Assembly (NCBI RefSeq): GCF_006345805.1 | Contig: NW_021831736.1 | Span: 1-35,438 of the forward strand | Length of the DNA stretch: 35,438 bases | Source: Octopus sinensis | Lineage: Eukaryota | Direction of reading: 5' to 3' | Part shown: one piece after another, positions 22,228 through 34,114 of the stretch | Numbering within the stretch: position 1 is the first letter of the stretch | Layout: the number at the start of each line of letters is the position of its first letter | Program-made: the position numbers and the translations under genes | Notes under the pieces: generated by a model | What the model saw: only the letters and a program-made list of their open reading frames with translations | What the model was told of the DNA's origin: nothing | Databases searched by the model: none

Positions 22228-22270
<43 letters not shown>

Positions 22271-22273
22271 TAT

Positions 22274-22333
<60 letters not shown>

Positions 22334-22399
22334 GTGTATATATGTATGTATATATGTATATATATGTGTGTATGTATCTGTGTGTGTGTGTGTGTGTCC

Positions 22400-22646
22400 A
22401 GTGGTTACATGCTAAAATCTATAACAGAAAGTAACATCAATGCAACAGATAATCTTTTTATTGACGATCTAAAAGTATGCACAGAGAATATTTGCAATGT
22501 CGAGAGACAGCTGAAAATACTAATAAATTTTCAGTTCGTGTAGAAATGGAACGCAGCCAAAAGAAACGTTCATATATATTAGCCGAACGGGGAAAATGCT
22601 TTCCAAGCTAAAATTATTTACACCGACGTTTTATCTATCTCTTGTT

Positions 22647-22680
<34 letters not shown>

Positions 22681-22890
22681 ATTGAGGAAAATATTTCACA
22701 CAAAGGTGATATGAACAAAGATGGAGTAACCAAACGCTAGTACATTAGACTTTTAATAATATGGCAGCTGGAGGCACCCTCTTGCAAGAACAATACATTT
22801 GTAATACCTGAACTTGTACAAAGATTCAGAATATTCGACAATGCCAGAGGAGATTTATAATTAGATTTCAACAATTTGACCTCATCGATA
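22400..22890 (+). pseudogene. Decayed non-LTR retrotransposon RT, R4/Dong-like
   Basis: GYMLK...[10 protein letters not shown]...QLKIL (F-x-DDLK motif C), then GIEENI...NKDGV...IW...N.FVIPEL, interrupted by (CA)n. Confidence 0.65.
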
Positions 22891-23221
22891 CAACATAATT
22901 GAAAAGAAGTTTCTTTCTCTCTGTCTTTCCCTTTCATTTTTCTTCTTCCTCTTTTCTCTTTCCTTTTTCTTTTTCTTTCTCGTCCTTCTTGTTAAAGTTG
23001 ACATCTTGAATGTCAATTTAGCATCAACCAAAGAACATCCGAAAATACATGCTTTTTTCTACTCTCTCCTCCTCTTATCCCTTCTTTTTTCTTTTCTCAA
23101 CTCCAGAAAACAGTGTTATTAGGGACAGCTAGGATACTTAGGAGAGTTCTTGACATCTAAGGCTACTTTTTGTAGCCCGATGTTAGGAATTTTTCTTTTC
23201 CAGCAGGCTGATCTGTTGTGT

Positions 23222-23229
23222 GAATGATG

Positions 23230-23288
<59 letters not shown>

Positions 23289-23292
23289 AATG

Positions 23293-23369
<77 letters not shown>

Positions 23370-23376
23370 AATAATA

Positions 23377-23428
<52 letters not shown>

Positions 23429-23992
23429 TACCCTGATGCAGTACCAGGCAGTGGCTCTCCTGGTTTCTAATCTAAGCTTATTGGAAGTGTTATCATGTAC
23501 TTTGTTTTGTCTTGGTATGAAAGATGGGCTACAGCAAATATTCTGCTCAATATTCTGCTCAATATCACAGATTTGCTTGTCAGTTGTTTGACCATAACCA
23601 GTTGAGCATGTCCCTTAGTGGCTGACGATATATGCATCTCTGATCATGAGCAAAAGTAGTGGGGGAGCATCATAGCCGTGTGTTGAAAGGAATTCTTAGA
23701 GGTTTGGATAATTCACCTTTGGAAACATGGGTGGTTCTTTCAACATCCTTAAACAATGCTTATTCATCGACCTTTTGAGCGGGATGGGTTACTCGACCAG
23801 AAGAAAATTCTAACTGAGCCCCACCTGCAAGGTCACGCGCTGTTTATCATGATATGAGATCACCATGTCGCGCACATATGGTTGTGATGCATGTGCCTGG
23901 TGTACCCTTATCAGACGGGTAGTCATGATGGGTATGCTGGGCTTCGTATATTTTACCCCAGTGTCACTTTGATGGCATGCACTGCTCTCTCA

Positions 23993-24052
<60 letters not shown>

Positions 24053-24132
24053 GATGATGATGATGATGATAATGACGATGGTAAAGATGATAATGTTGAT
24101 GTAAATTACTACTACTACTACTACTACTACTA

Positions 24133-24175
<43 letters not shown>
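23222..24175. repeat. (AAT/AAC/GAT/TAC)n compound microsatellite split by a ~565-bp interspersed repeat (23428-23993)
   Basis: AAT tracts abut both ends of a non-simple insert; the insert family is not identified. Confidence 0.8.
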
Positions 24176-24611
24176 GCCGTGTGAATCGGTTTCTTTCTCT
24201 GCGTTTTACTTCAATGATTCCATTCTGATTCATACGCCATTTCCAATCTTATCTGAGTAGATATAATCTCCAAATTCATTCACAGACCTCTATCAAACTC
24301 GCCTTAACCTATCCCCGCCCGCCCACCGCCCACACCTATCTTTAACAACGGTGATCGATAATCAATACTATCTACTCACACCCTTTACAATAATTTTCCT
24401 TCCTCATTTGTGTCACAGGAAATATCTAAATATTCATCAAGTACTAATACCCGCCTTGTGGCGGAATTGGTCTTAATGTTGGAGATGTTGGGGGCAGCGG
24501 TGCGTTGCGGTGTCTTTGCTTTGATCCCTTCGGTTAATGGGGTTCGCTAAGAACCATAGCAAGTAATTACGTCCAACCCACAACCGACCCCAGCCCTTAA
24601 CCATCACAACC

Positions 24612-24644
<33 letters not shown>

Positions 24645-24719
24645 GTGGTGTTGGTCGCCGTCGTCGCAGTCGTGGTCGTTGAGGGGGTCGTCATCGCGTC
24701 ATCGTCGTCGTCGTCGTCG

Positions 24720-24752
<33 letters not shown>

Positions 24753-24768
24753 CCATCACCATCACCAC

Positions 24769-24800
<32 letters not shown>

Positions 24801-24810
24801 CCATCACGAC

Positions 24811-24853
<43 letters not shown>

Positions 24854-24860
24854 GTCATCG

Positions 24861-24901
<41 letters not shown>

Positions 24902-24902
24902 G

Positions 24903-24940
<38 letters not shown>

Positions 24941-25013
24941 GTCATCATCGTCATCGTCATCATCATTGTCATCGTCATCATCATCAGCATCATCACCATC
25001 ATCATTGTCATCG

Positions 25014-25085
<72 letters not shown>

Positions 25086-25152
25086 GTCATCATCGTCATC
25101 GTCATCATCATTGTCATCGTCATCATCATCATCATCATCACCATCTTCATTG

Positions 25153-25183
<31 letters not shown>

Positions 25184-25215
25184 CGTCATCATCGTCGCCG
25201 TCGTCGTCATCATCG
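24612..25215. repeat. (ATG)n/(ATC)n microsatellite, ~600 bp
   Basis: Source of the poly-D, poly-S, poly-H and poly-M ORFs. Confidence 0.97.
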
Positions 25216-25353
25216 TTGCTTCCTTATCAGCCGCAGCTGCTACAGTTGCCGCCGCCGCCCTAAGTATTTGATATGTCTTCTGTCTCCTTAGTATAGACTC
25301 ATTTGTCTCTTACCTTGAAGATTGGGATATATGCGTAAAAATCACGAGTTTCT

Positions 25354-25925
<572 letters not shown>

Positions 25926-26173
25926 CGTGTCAGCGTGTGTGTAATAATACATTGCCCATAGCATTTCGGCTACTTTACGTCTCATGTTAATGTTAATAAG
26001 AGTGGGAACCATTATCAATAGCTGAATTAACAGAACATTGTCATCAGGCGTGAAAATATGATAATGTTTTATCTGTGGGGATATGCAGGCGGGGGGTGAT
26101 TTTTTTCTGCTATTTTAAATCATGCGTGCACAGACGACCGAACAATAACATACACACAGGCACACACACACAC

Positions 26174-26243
<70 letters not shown>

Positions 26244-26460
26244 CGGAAAGACTTACATGCACACTCACGTATTTTCTACCAATCAATGCATTCATTGGTG
26301 TTTAGTTTTCGTGGCTGCATGGTATTGCTGCCATTCAGGAAGATAGTATTGATGCGAATATCCGTTTGTATTTTATCGAATACGTGCAGTCAAGCCAATC
26401 AGTAACCGATCCTATATCAGGCTTCGTACATCCCATATGTGTACATATAAAAGATACAAG

Positions 26461-26543
26461 TTATATATACACACACACACACACCACACACACACCACAC
26501 ACACACACCACACCACACACACACACACACCACACACACACAC

Positions 26544-26602
<59 letters not shown>

Positions 26603-26741
26603 ATATATAATATATATATATATTTGTATTTGCGTGTAAGTGTACGTGTGTATGAGTTTCTGGAGTAACATATATGTTTGTATACACACACACACACCAC
26701 ACACCACCACACACACACACACATATATATATATAATATAT

Positions 26742-26786
<45 letters not shown>

Positions 26787-26887
26787 TATATATAGATATA
26801 TATATATATATAGATATATATATATATATATTGTATTTGCGTGTAAGTGTACGTGTGTATGAGTTTCTGGAGTAACATATATGTTTG

Positions 26888-26919
<32 letters not shown>

Positions 26920-26962
26920 ACACACACACACACACACCACACACACACACATATATATATAT

Positions 26963-27040
<78 letters not shown>
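26461..27040. repeat. CA/TA microsatellite with a ~205-bp tandem duplication
   Basis: TTGTATTTGCGTGTAAGTGTACGTGTGTATGAGTTTCTGGAGTAACATATATGTTTG is identical near 26625 and 26831. Confidence 0.95.
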
Positions 27041-27043
<3 letters not shown>

Positions 27044-27219
27044 GAGGGGTTGCTAAAAGGTTCCTGGAGGATCAGTTAATTATGATTTTATTCAACATAT
27101 TCCCCACTCAGATTCACATACTTATAGCAGCGGTCCTCCAGTTTTTCTAAGTCTCTGAAAGAACTCTATCTAGGCCTCTCACGACACTCTCTTATAACCC
27201 GGAAGTTTCCGCACACCCT

Positions 27220-27222
<3 letters not shown>
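27041..27222 (+). mobile_element. mariner-derived fragment
   Basis: TA+TGAGGGGTTGCTAAAAGGTTCC resembles mariner TIRs; TTATTCAACATATTCCCC follows, as in mariner 5' ends. Confidence 0.55.
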
Positions 27223-27259
<37 letters not shown>

Positions 27260-27933
27260 TGTATGTATGTATGTATGTATGTATATGTATATATATAAGT
27301 TCAGTAAAAATTTTGATTCAGATGAATATGGTACTTAAGTTGAAGGCATCAGAATTTAGTATGGCATTATCCATATAATTTAAAATAACGTGATTATAAT
27401 CAAAATAAGCAACAAGGATATCCAGAGTTAATGCAGTACGATCGTTTCATGCGACTCCACATAACTGAACAATGCAAACATTACATCAATTTAATATATA
27501 GAATTTAGTAAAACATGTTCTTTGTCTATCTCCTTATCCTCTTGGTGATTTTGGATAAAATCATAAAAATTAGTCCTTCGAATTTAACTAAATTCTATAT
27601 TTTTATGCAGCTGAAGATTGCTCTACATTTTGTATCTGAATGTGTATGTGTCTGTGAGTGTGTGTGTAGCTCAGTTTATGTTACTTATTCAACAGCCATA
27701 CCAGCAATCCAATGTCAACCCTTCGCCTTCTGCAACATTTCAACAGTTCATTTTCCCGTTTCCGTCTCCCATTGTAGCCCATTTGCGGAATGTCCCCATT
27801 TACGTACACTATCTCAATTACACCTACATTTAATTCGACTGTCAATCATACTATGGTTGACAGTCGAATGAATGTAGGTGAATGTGGATATTCTCCCCTT
27901 TACACCGACCGCTGTAAAGGGGAGTATATCCAC

Positions 27934-28136
27934 TCTCTTTACTCTTTTACTTGTTTCAGTCATTTGACTGCGGCCATGCTGGAGCACCGCCTTTAGTCGA
28001 GCAAATCGACCCCGGGACTTATTCTTTGTAAGCCCAGTACTTATTCTATCGGTCTCTTTTTTGCCCGACCGCTAAGTGACGGGGGACGTAAACACACCAG
28101 CATCGGTTGTCAAGCAATGCTAGGGGGACAAACACA

Positions 28137-28212
<76 letters not shown>

Positions 28213-28384
28213 CATATATACGACAGGCTTCTTTCAGTTTCCGTCTACCAAATTCACTCACAAGGCTTTGGTCGGCCCGAAGCTATAGCAGAAGACACTT
28301 GCCCAAGATGCCACACAGTGGGACTGAACCCGGAACTATGTGGTTGGTTACCAAGCTACTTACCACACAGTCACTCCTGCACCT
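27934..28384 (-). mobile_element. SINE family A, full length
   Basis: High identity to 4824-5239 and 5678-6076. Confidence 0.9.
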
Positions 28385-28560
28385 ATGGTGGCTTTTCTGT
28401 GCATTCAAACATCACTTACCCCTCAACCCAATTTTCCATGACAGGTTAGGGCCAGGATTCCTCCAAACGGACGCATGACATGTCGCTTAGTCGAATTTTG
28501 TCGTCAATGCTTCACTTTTCCGTATCATCTGTTTCAACATAACTGCAATATATATATATT

Positions 28561-28784
28561 TCTTTACTACCCACAAGGGGCTAAACATAGAGGGGACAAA
28601 CAAGGACAGACAAAGGGATTAAGTCGATTATATCGACCCCAGTGCGTAACTGGTATTTTATTTATCGACCCCGAAAGGATGAAAGGCAAAGTCGACTTCG
28701 ATGGAATTTGAAATCGGAACGTAACGACAGACGAAATACGGCTGCGCATTTCACCCGGCGTGCTAACGTTTCTGCCAGCTCGCC
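28561..28784 (-). mobile_element. SINE family B, full length
   Basis: High identity to 5363-5593. Confidence 0.9.
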
Positions 28785-28825
28785 CCCCTTAACTGTAATA
28801 TATATATACAACCTATACCATATGT

Positions 28826-28978
28826 CGGTGTGTTTACGTCCCCGTAACTTAGCAGTTCGGAAAAAGAGACCAACAAAATATTAGGCTTGGAAAAAAAAAA
28901 ACGATTAAGTGCTGGGGTCGATTTATTCAACCAAAATTTCTTCAAGGTGGTGGAACAAGTAAAAGATAAAAGATAAAG
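28826..28978 (+). mobile_element. SINE family A, 3' fragment
   Basis: GGTGTGTTTACGTCCCCGTAACTTAGCAGTTCGG...GGGGTCGATTT...ACAAGTAAAAGA. Confidence 0.75.
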
Positions 28979-29639
28979 GAATTATATCTGGCCTGTTAGG
29001 CCTACTTTTCATATCCACATTTTACAGAGGTTTTGACAGGAATACTCAGTATTCTTTGATATTTTGAGTAATTATGAGATACATATCGGTATTATATTAT
29101 TTTGTATTTTCGTTTTTAAGGGTACCCTTTATACGAGTTGCATTGTGTATAAAATTTAGGCTACGACATTGTGTCTCATGAGTAGACAGCACCATGATGA
29201 CATTTTTGGACAGCTGTTCATGATGTAAGTGATACTTTTCGATGTTAATTCCGGAGACTCTGTATCGGTTGTCACACTTAATGATTTATCTTCATACCTG
29301 TAGTTTTTCTGCAGCGATTATTTCATTATCCCCTGGTTCCTTATTGCAACAGCATATCCTTTAACATGATGCATAACACCATGTAGAACACCAGATACAA
29401 CACTTGACAGAACACAAATGAGAACATGAAGCACAACAACGATTAGTGTTCACACATCTTGTTAAAAAAAAAGCAAAACTAACTCTTCTGAAATTAAATG
29501 TTTCAATCTATTAAACATTTTGTTTCTCCCCTCTTTTAGGTTGATTAATATATTGGTTTCTGATGGTGGTGATCTAGCAAAACTATATCACACAGGCTGG
29601 GATTACTAACAGGATTAATATCATATCAACCATATTGGT

Positions 29640-29858
29640 TTCAAATATTGGCGCAAGGTCAGCTAATTCGGGGGAGGGGGTAAGTCAATTAAGTCGACTC
29701 CAGTGATATTCAGCTGGTATTTATTTTGTCGATCCCGAAAGGATGAAAGGCAAAGTCGATCTCAGCTTAATTGGAATTTGATCGCAGAACGTAAGCACGG
29801 ACGAAGTATCGCAAAGCATTTCGCCTGTCGTGCTAACGATTCTACCAGCTCGCTGCCT
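29640..29858 (-). mobile_element. SINE family B-related copy (another partial + copy near 30075-30230)
   Basis: Core CCCGAAAGGATGAAAGGCAAAGTCGA and head ACCAGCTCGCTGCC. Confidence 0.75.
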
Positions 29859-31399
29859 TTATCTTATCCATTATATTGTCATCCACCCAAATACTTAATA
29901 CTTCATCCCAGATCTTTTTTATTACAATTCCAGTCACAACTGGGGAGGATGAGGGTGAATAAAAATTGCGTTAAAAACAAAATTTTCGTACCGGAAAATG
30001 GATTTTTACATTAGTATAAGGCTACAACTTTACAGGGGAGGAGTGTGGTTAAATGAATTGAATGGTAGTATGGTACTAGGATGAGCTACTTTGCGTCATT
30101 TCTCCAGCTCTTTACGTTCTGAGTTCAATTTCCGCTGAAGTCGATTTTGCCTTCCATTCTTCCGGGGTTGATAAAATCGACTTGTTTCCTACCCTTAAAA
30201 CTGGTGACATTGTGCCAAAGTTTGAAAGAATTATTGGCACTTATTTTATTGGTTACTGAGAGACCACAAAACTTAATACAAGTAACGCCAGATATTGAGT
30301 TTATAATACGAGTGCATTAATGCCAGGATAAAATGATGAATAAAAACATTGTAAATGAAAGGTGTCAGATATCTCAGTCAATTAGTTACTGATACGAAAA
30401 GAATGGAAGCGGTGAGTCGTTGTTGTTGTTATTGTTTAACTACTCCAGTTCAATCCTGATCGTGCAAACTTGTGATTAATGATATTCCTGCCGCGACCAT
30501 CTTAATCTTTTCAAAAGCATATAGGACTGCATTATTTAATATGCCATTTTTTAAGATTATTTTTATTTAATACGGTGAAGAATTATATACAGCGAGAAAT
30601 ATGATCGCTATTTCTAACCACGTAGAGTCTCCCTTGTTGGCTCCTGAAAGACAGAAGCAGCTAGAGGTAGTGGCAAAGATGGGAGAGAAGAGCGAGAAAA
30701 CAAAACAAGTCGGTTAGACTCGTTATATGTCTCTAAGTAGGCTGGATTCGATGACAGCAGACGACAGCTTGGAACTCAGTGACACAAGATTGTAAAATAA
30801 CAGTAACAACACGAACAAAATCAACTTAATTGTAAGACACAGAACCATGGGTGGTGACAGTGAAATAATCACTTCTGTTATCATTGATTTATTTTCAAAA
30901 TATACTTAAACTGGGCATTCTATAGCTACATCAACCTCCTTTTCAGTACACTCTGGAGTCCCAATGTATGGAACGCCGTACGTAATATTTTAAATGTTTA
31001 AAAGGCATCAACACATTTACACACGTAAAGATTAACATCATCACGCAAAGAAAACCTCTGATAAATAAACATTATGTTTATGCGCGCGCGTACACACACA
31101 CAGACACACACACACAAACATGCATAAATACACTCACAAACATGCATAAACGCATAAACTCACCCACAATCAAACACTCACACACGCACGCATACACGCA
31201 CACGCACAATTATATAGATAACTATTCGTGGAAATACTTTTTGCAAAACGATTAGCGAGAAGACTCCAAAGTGAAAAAAAAAAGATAAAAAATAAAAGTA
31301 GTTATCTGATTTACTGCGATAAGATAGGTATGAAAAGCATCAGTTAACGCGAAGAGACACTTGAAAATATATTTGAAGCACACATTTGAAATAATGATA

Positions 31400-31447
<48 letters not shown>

Positions 31448-31454
31448 ATTATAT

Positions 31455-32723
31455 ATATAATAATAATAAATATTAGGGAATATATCCAAATTTACAGGGA
31501 AAAAATCAGATTTAGGATTAAATCAATTTTTATAGTAAAATATTTAAAATATTATTTGAGACAAAACCACTATTTTGCAAAACAAACAAGGAAAGACTTA
31601 ATCAATACATAAAAATTTAAATAGTCAAAAAAACCGCCACTACAATCGTTTCTTGTCTTGATCGACAATCTTCAGGTGGACTTCCATCTAAAAAATCAAA
31701 ATTTTAAATATAAAAATAATACTTTTAAATAATTAAAGTATAAATGAAAAATATAAGTATATATCCATATATAACCTAATATAATCCATATCGAAAATAT
31801 AGACTAATACACGAATTCCTAAAAAAAAAAAAACCAAAAAAAAAAACCCATGATAAAACAAAAACTCTTAAAAAACATATAACGATACAAATCTCCCTTT
31901 GCTAAACTCTATAACAAACCTATAAAGTAAACCCCCTAACCTAAACATTCACAACAAATACACAAACGTAAACCACAGACTCACGACTTATACACAATTA
32001 CCTATACTAACTTATAAACCTCAATATACACCAAAACCCACTCCTCACCACACAGACAAATTACACATACATCCCAAAACCTAAATAACAAACCCATATA
32101 CACATTCACACAAAAAACCCACACTCACACGAAACACTCACACAAAAAAGATACATATACTACCACACATATACGCCTATACATACTCCTAAACTCGAAC
32201 ATTATACAACAATACTTACACACCCACAAAAAACATTATATACATTTATTGAGCTTTAACTCACCTTAGCATCTCTAACAAAACAACTTGCAGTAACCCA
32301 ATCCCATCTCTATGCCTACCTCACTACTACACTATTCCATTCACATTCCAAGCAACGCTAGTCCACCACCCGGTGATTCACGTGGGCAAACGAACACCAC
32401 TCAAAAAATTATGAATGAAACAATGTAAAAAAATAACCAACACCTAAAATAGACAAAATACCACGAATTACCAAAAAAACCATGATAAACCAAAACTCAT
32501 AAAAGCATATAACGATAAATCTCCCTTTGCTAAACCCTATATCAAACTTATAGCAATCCCCCTAACTAAACATTCACACACAAAAACCCACACGTAAACC
32601 ACAGACCCAAGACATATACACAAACCTATACTAACTTATAAACCTCAATATACACCAAAAAACCACTCCCTCCCCACCAGAAACAAATTAACACAATACA
32701 TCCCAATCCTAAATAACAATCAT
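31455..32723 (-). mobile_element. Probable Penelope-like element arm: G/T-rich on the HHR strand, ~630-bp internal tandem duplication, ending in (TA)n
   Basis: HHR ~180 nt from a (TA)n tract; 31849-32095 is repeated at 32481-32720. No RT or endonuclease motif seen, so the family call is inferred from the HHR context. Confidence 0.5.
31637..31679 (-). ncRNA. Canonical minimal type I hammerhead ribozyme
   Basis: - strand: CCAC | CUGAAGA | UUGUC-GAUCAA-GACAA | GAAA-CGAUUG-UA | GUGG. All core nucleotides intact; GUA triplet; predicted cleavage between 31641 and 31640. Confidence 0.9.
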
Positions 32724-34114
32724 ATAATATAGGAGCTAATTGTTGTATTTATGCTCTAATGAGTTTAAAGAAATTTTATTTTATAAGTATGATAATTTAC
32801 TTAATACTGGGGAGGAGCGCAAAAAAATGTAGACACAAGTTACTTTACTTATATAATAAGTTTCATGATAAATAGCAATAATAGTTCCCTTTTAGGTTAT
32901 TTTAGTTAGTTTAAATTAGTTTAGATGATATTTTTGGTTATGTTGTCTAGGTTAATTATAGTTAGTCTTATTGATATTTCTTGTTTTAATTAGTTCATTT
33001 TAATGTATATTAATTTAGCAGTTTATGGTACGTTAAAACTTTAATAATTTATATTAGATTTTTTTATTTTTTTATTTTTTTTTTATTTATTTTATTTTAT
33101 TATGTATTTTTATTTTGCATTTGTTATATGTATTTTGAGGATATATTTATATGTTTTTGGGTGTTATTTAGTGGTGTTTTTATTGATTTTGTATGTATGT
33201 TGTGGAATGTTTAAGATCCTTTGTTTTTTGTTTTTTATTTGTATGTTGAATTGACAGATTTTATTGGGTATTCGTCTTTTATAATAAAGTACACACCCAT
33301 AACAATTAAAGTGCCCACTTCATTCGTTGTACTTGGGTTTGCATGTGAGCCTCAGCTATGCACCTAACGGCCACTCCAGCCCCACATGGATAAATAAACA
33401 CATACATCCCCTAAAAAATAATAATAAATAAAAAAAAAAAAAAAAAAAATGGGAGTAAGAGTAATCCCATCACACCAATTATATGTATACAATTATACAC
33501 ACTCGAATAATACATACTAGCCCTAAATACAGAACATACTAATAATCACCAACTAACCACCATCACAAATGAAACCCACACCCATACAATGACAAAAACT
33601 CCCCCATACCCTATTTACACCTACATAGTAATCCCAATATATTCTTCCATACATGGACGCAAGTGCGTGAAGCACATGAACAATTAGTACGTACAACCCC
33701 TAATACACATATATATACGTATCAAGTCGACCTCCACAGTGATAAGTTTACACACAATCACACCCAGATGGGTGAATTGCACAACCAGTGAATGCTACAC
33801 ATACGGGCGCGATTACATTGTTGCATATATCGAGCCAAAATAGTATGCATAGTACATGTGAGGGGTACACGTAAATGAAGTGGCGTGTGTACCCCCTGTA
33901 TTTATACCCGTGCGTTGAATATACACATGGAGACTACCATACAGGTACAAATGTGTTTAGAAATGGGAGCCCATCACTACACTAATGTATACTCTCACCC
34001 ATCCGCACGGATGTGTAAGTGTAATCTCGGTGTATATGTTGAGGCTTATATGTAGAGTTGTTGAAGGGAACGTCGTTGAAATTGTGAATGAATGGGTAGA
34101 GTTGGGAATTGTAA

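Noticed and set aside
23148-23190. 17-bp interrupted hairpin, considered as a SECIS or pre-miRNA
   Set aside because: No tandem G-A quartet, and too short for a pre-miRNA.
24313-24550. GC boxes plus a + strand acceptor at 24418 with a 43-codon open frame
   Set aside because: No recognisable protein; acceptor-like motifs are frequent in AT-rich DNA.
24473-25271. Poly-D, poly-S, poly-H and poly-M ORFs (e.g. an acidic biomineralisation protein)
   Set aside because: Open in several frames on both strands because (ATC)n has few stops; no splice or codon evidence.
25950-26052. - strand CUGAUGA...GAAA
   Set aside because: Stem II cannot close and the cleavage position would be G.
29540-29609. Possible terminal exon LINILVSDGGDLAKLYHTGWDY* (faintly cadherin-like)
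   Set aside because: Too short, and stops before the other cadherin motifs.
30620-30720. Protein-like frame ESPLLAPERQKQLEVVAKMGEK
   Set aside because: No homology recognised and splice sites are ambiguous.
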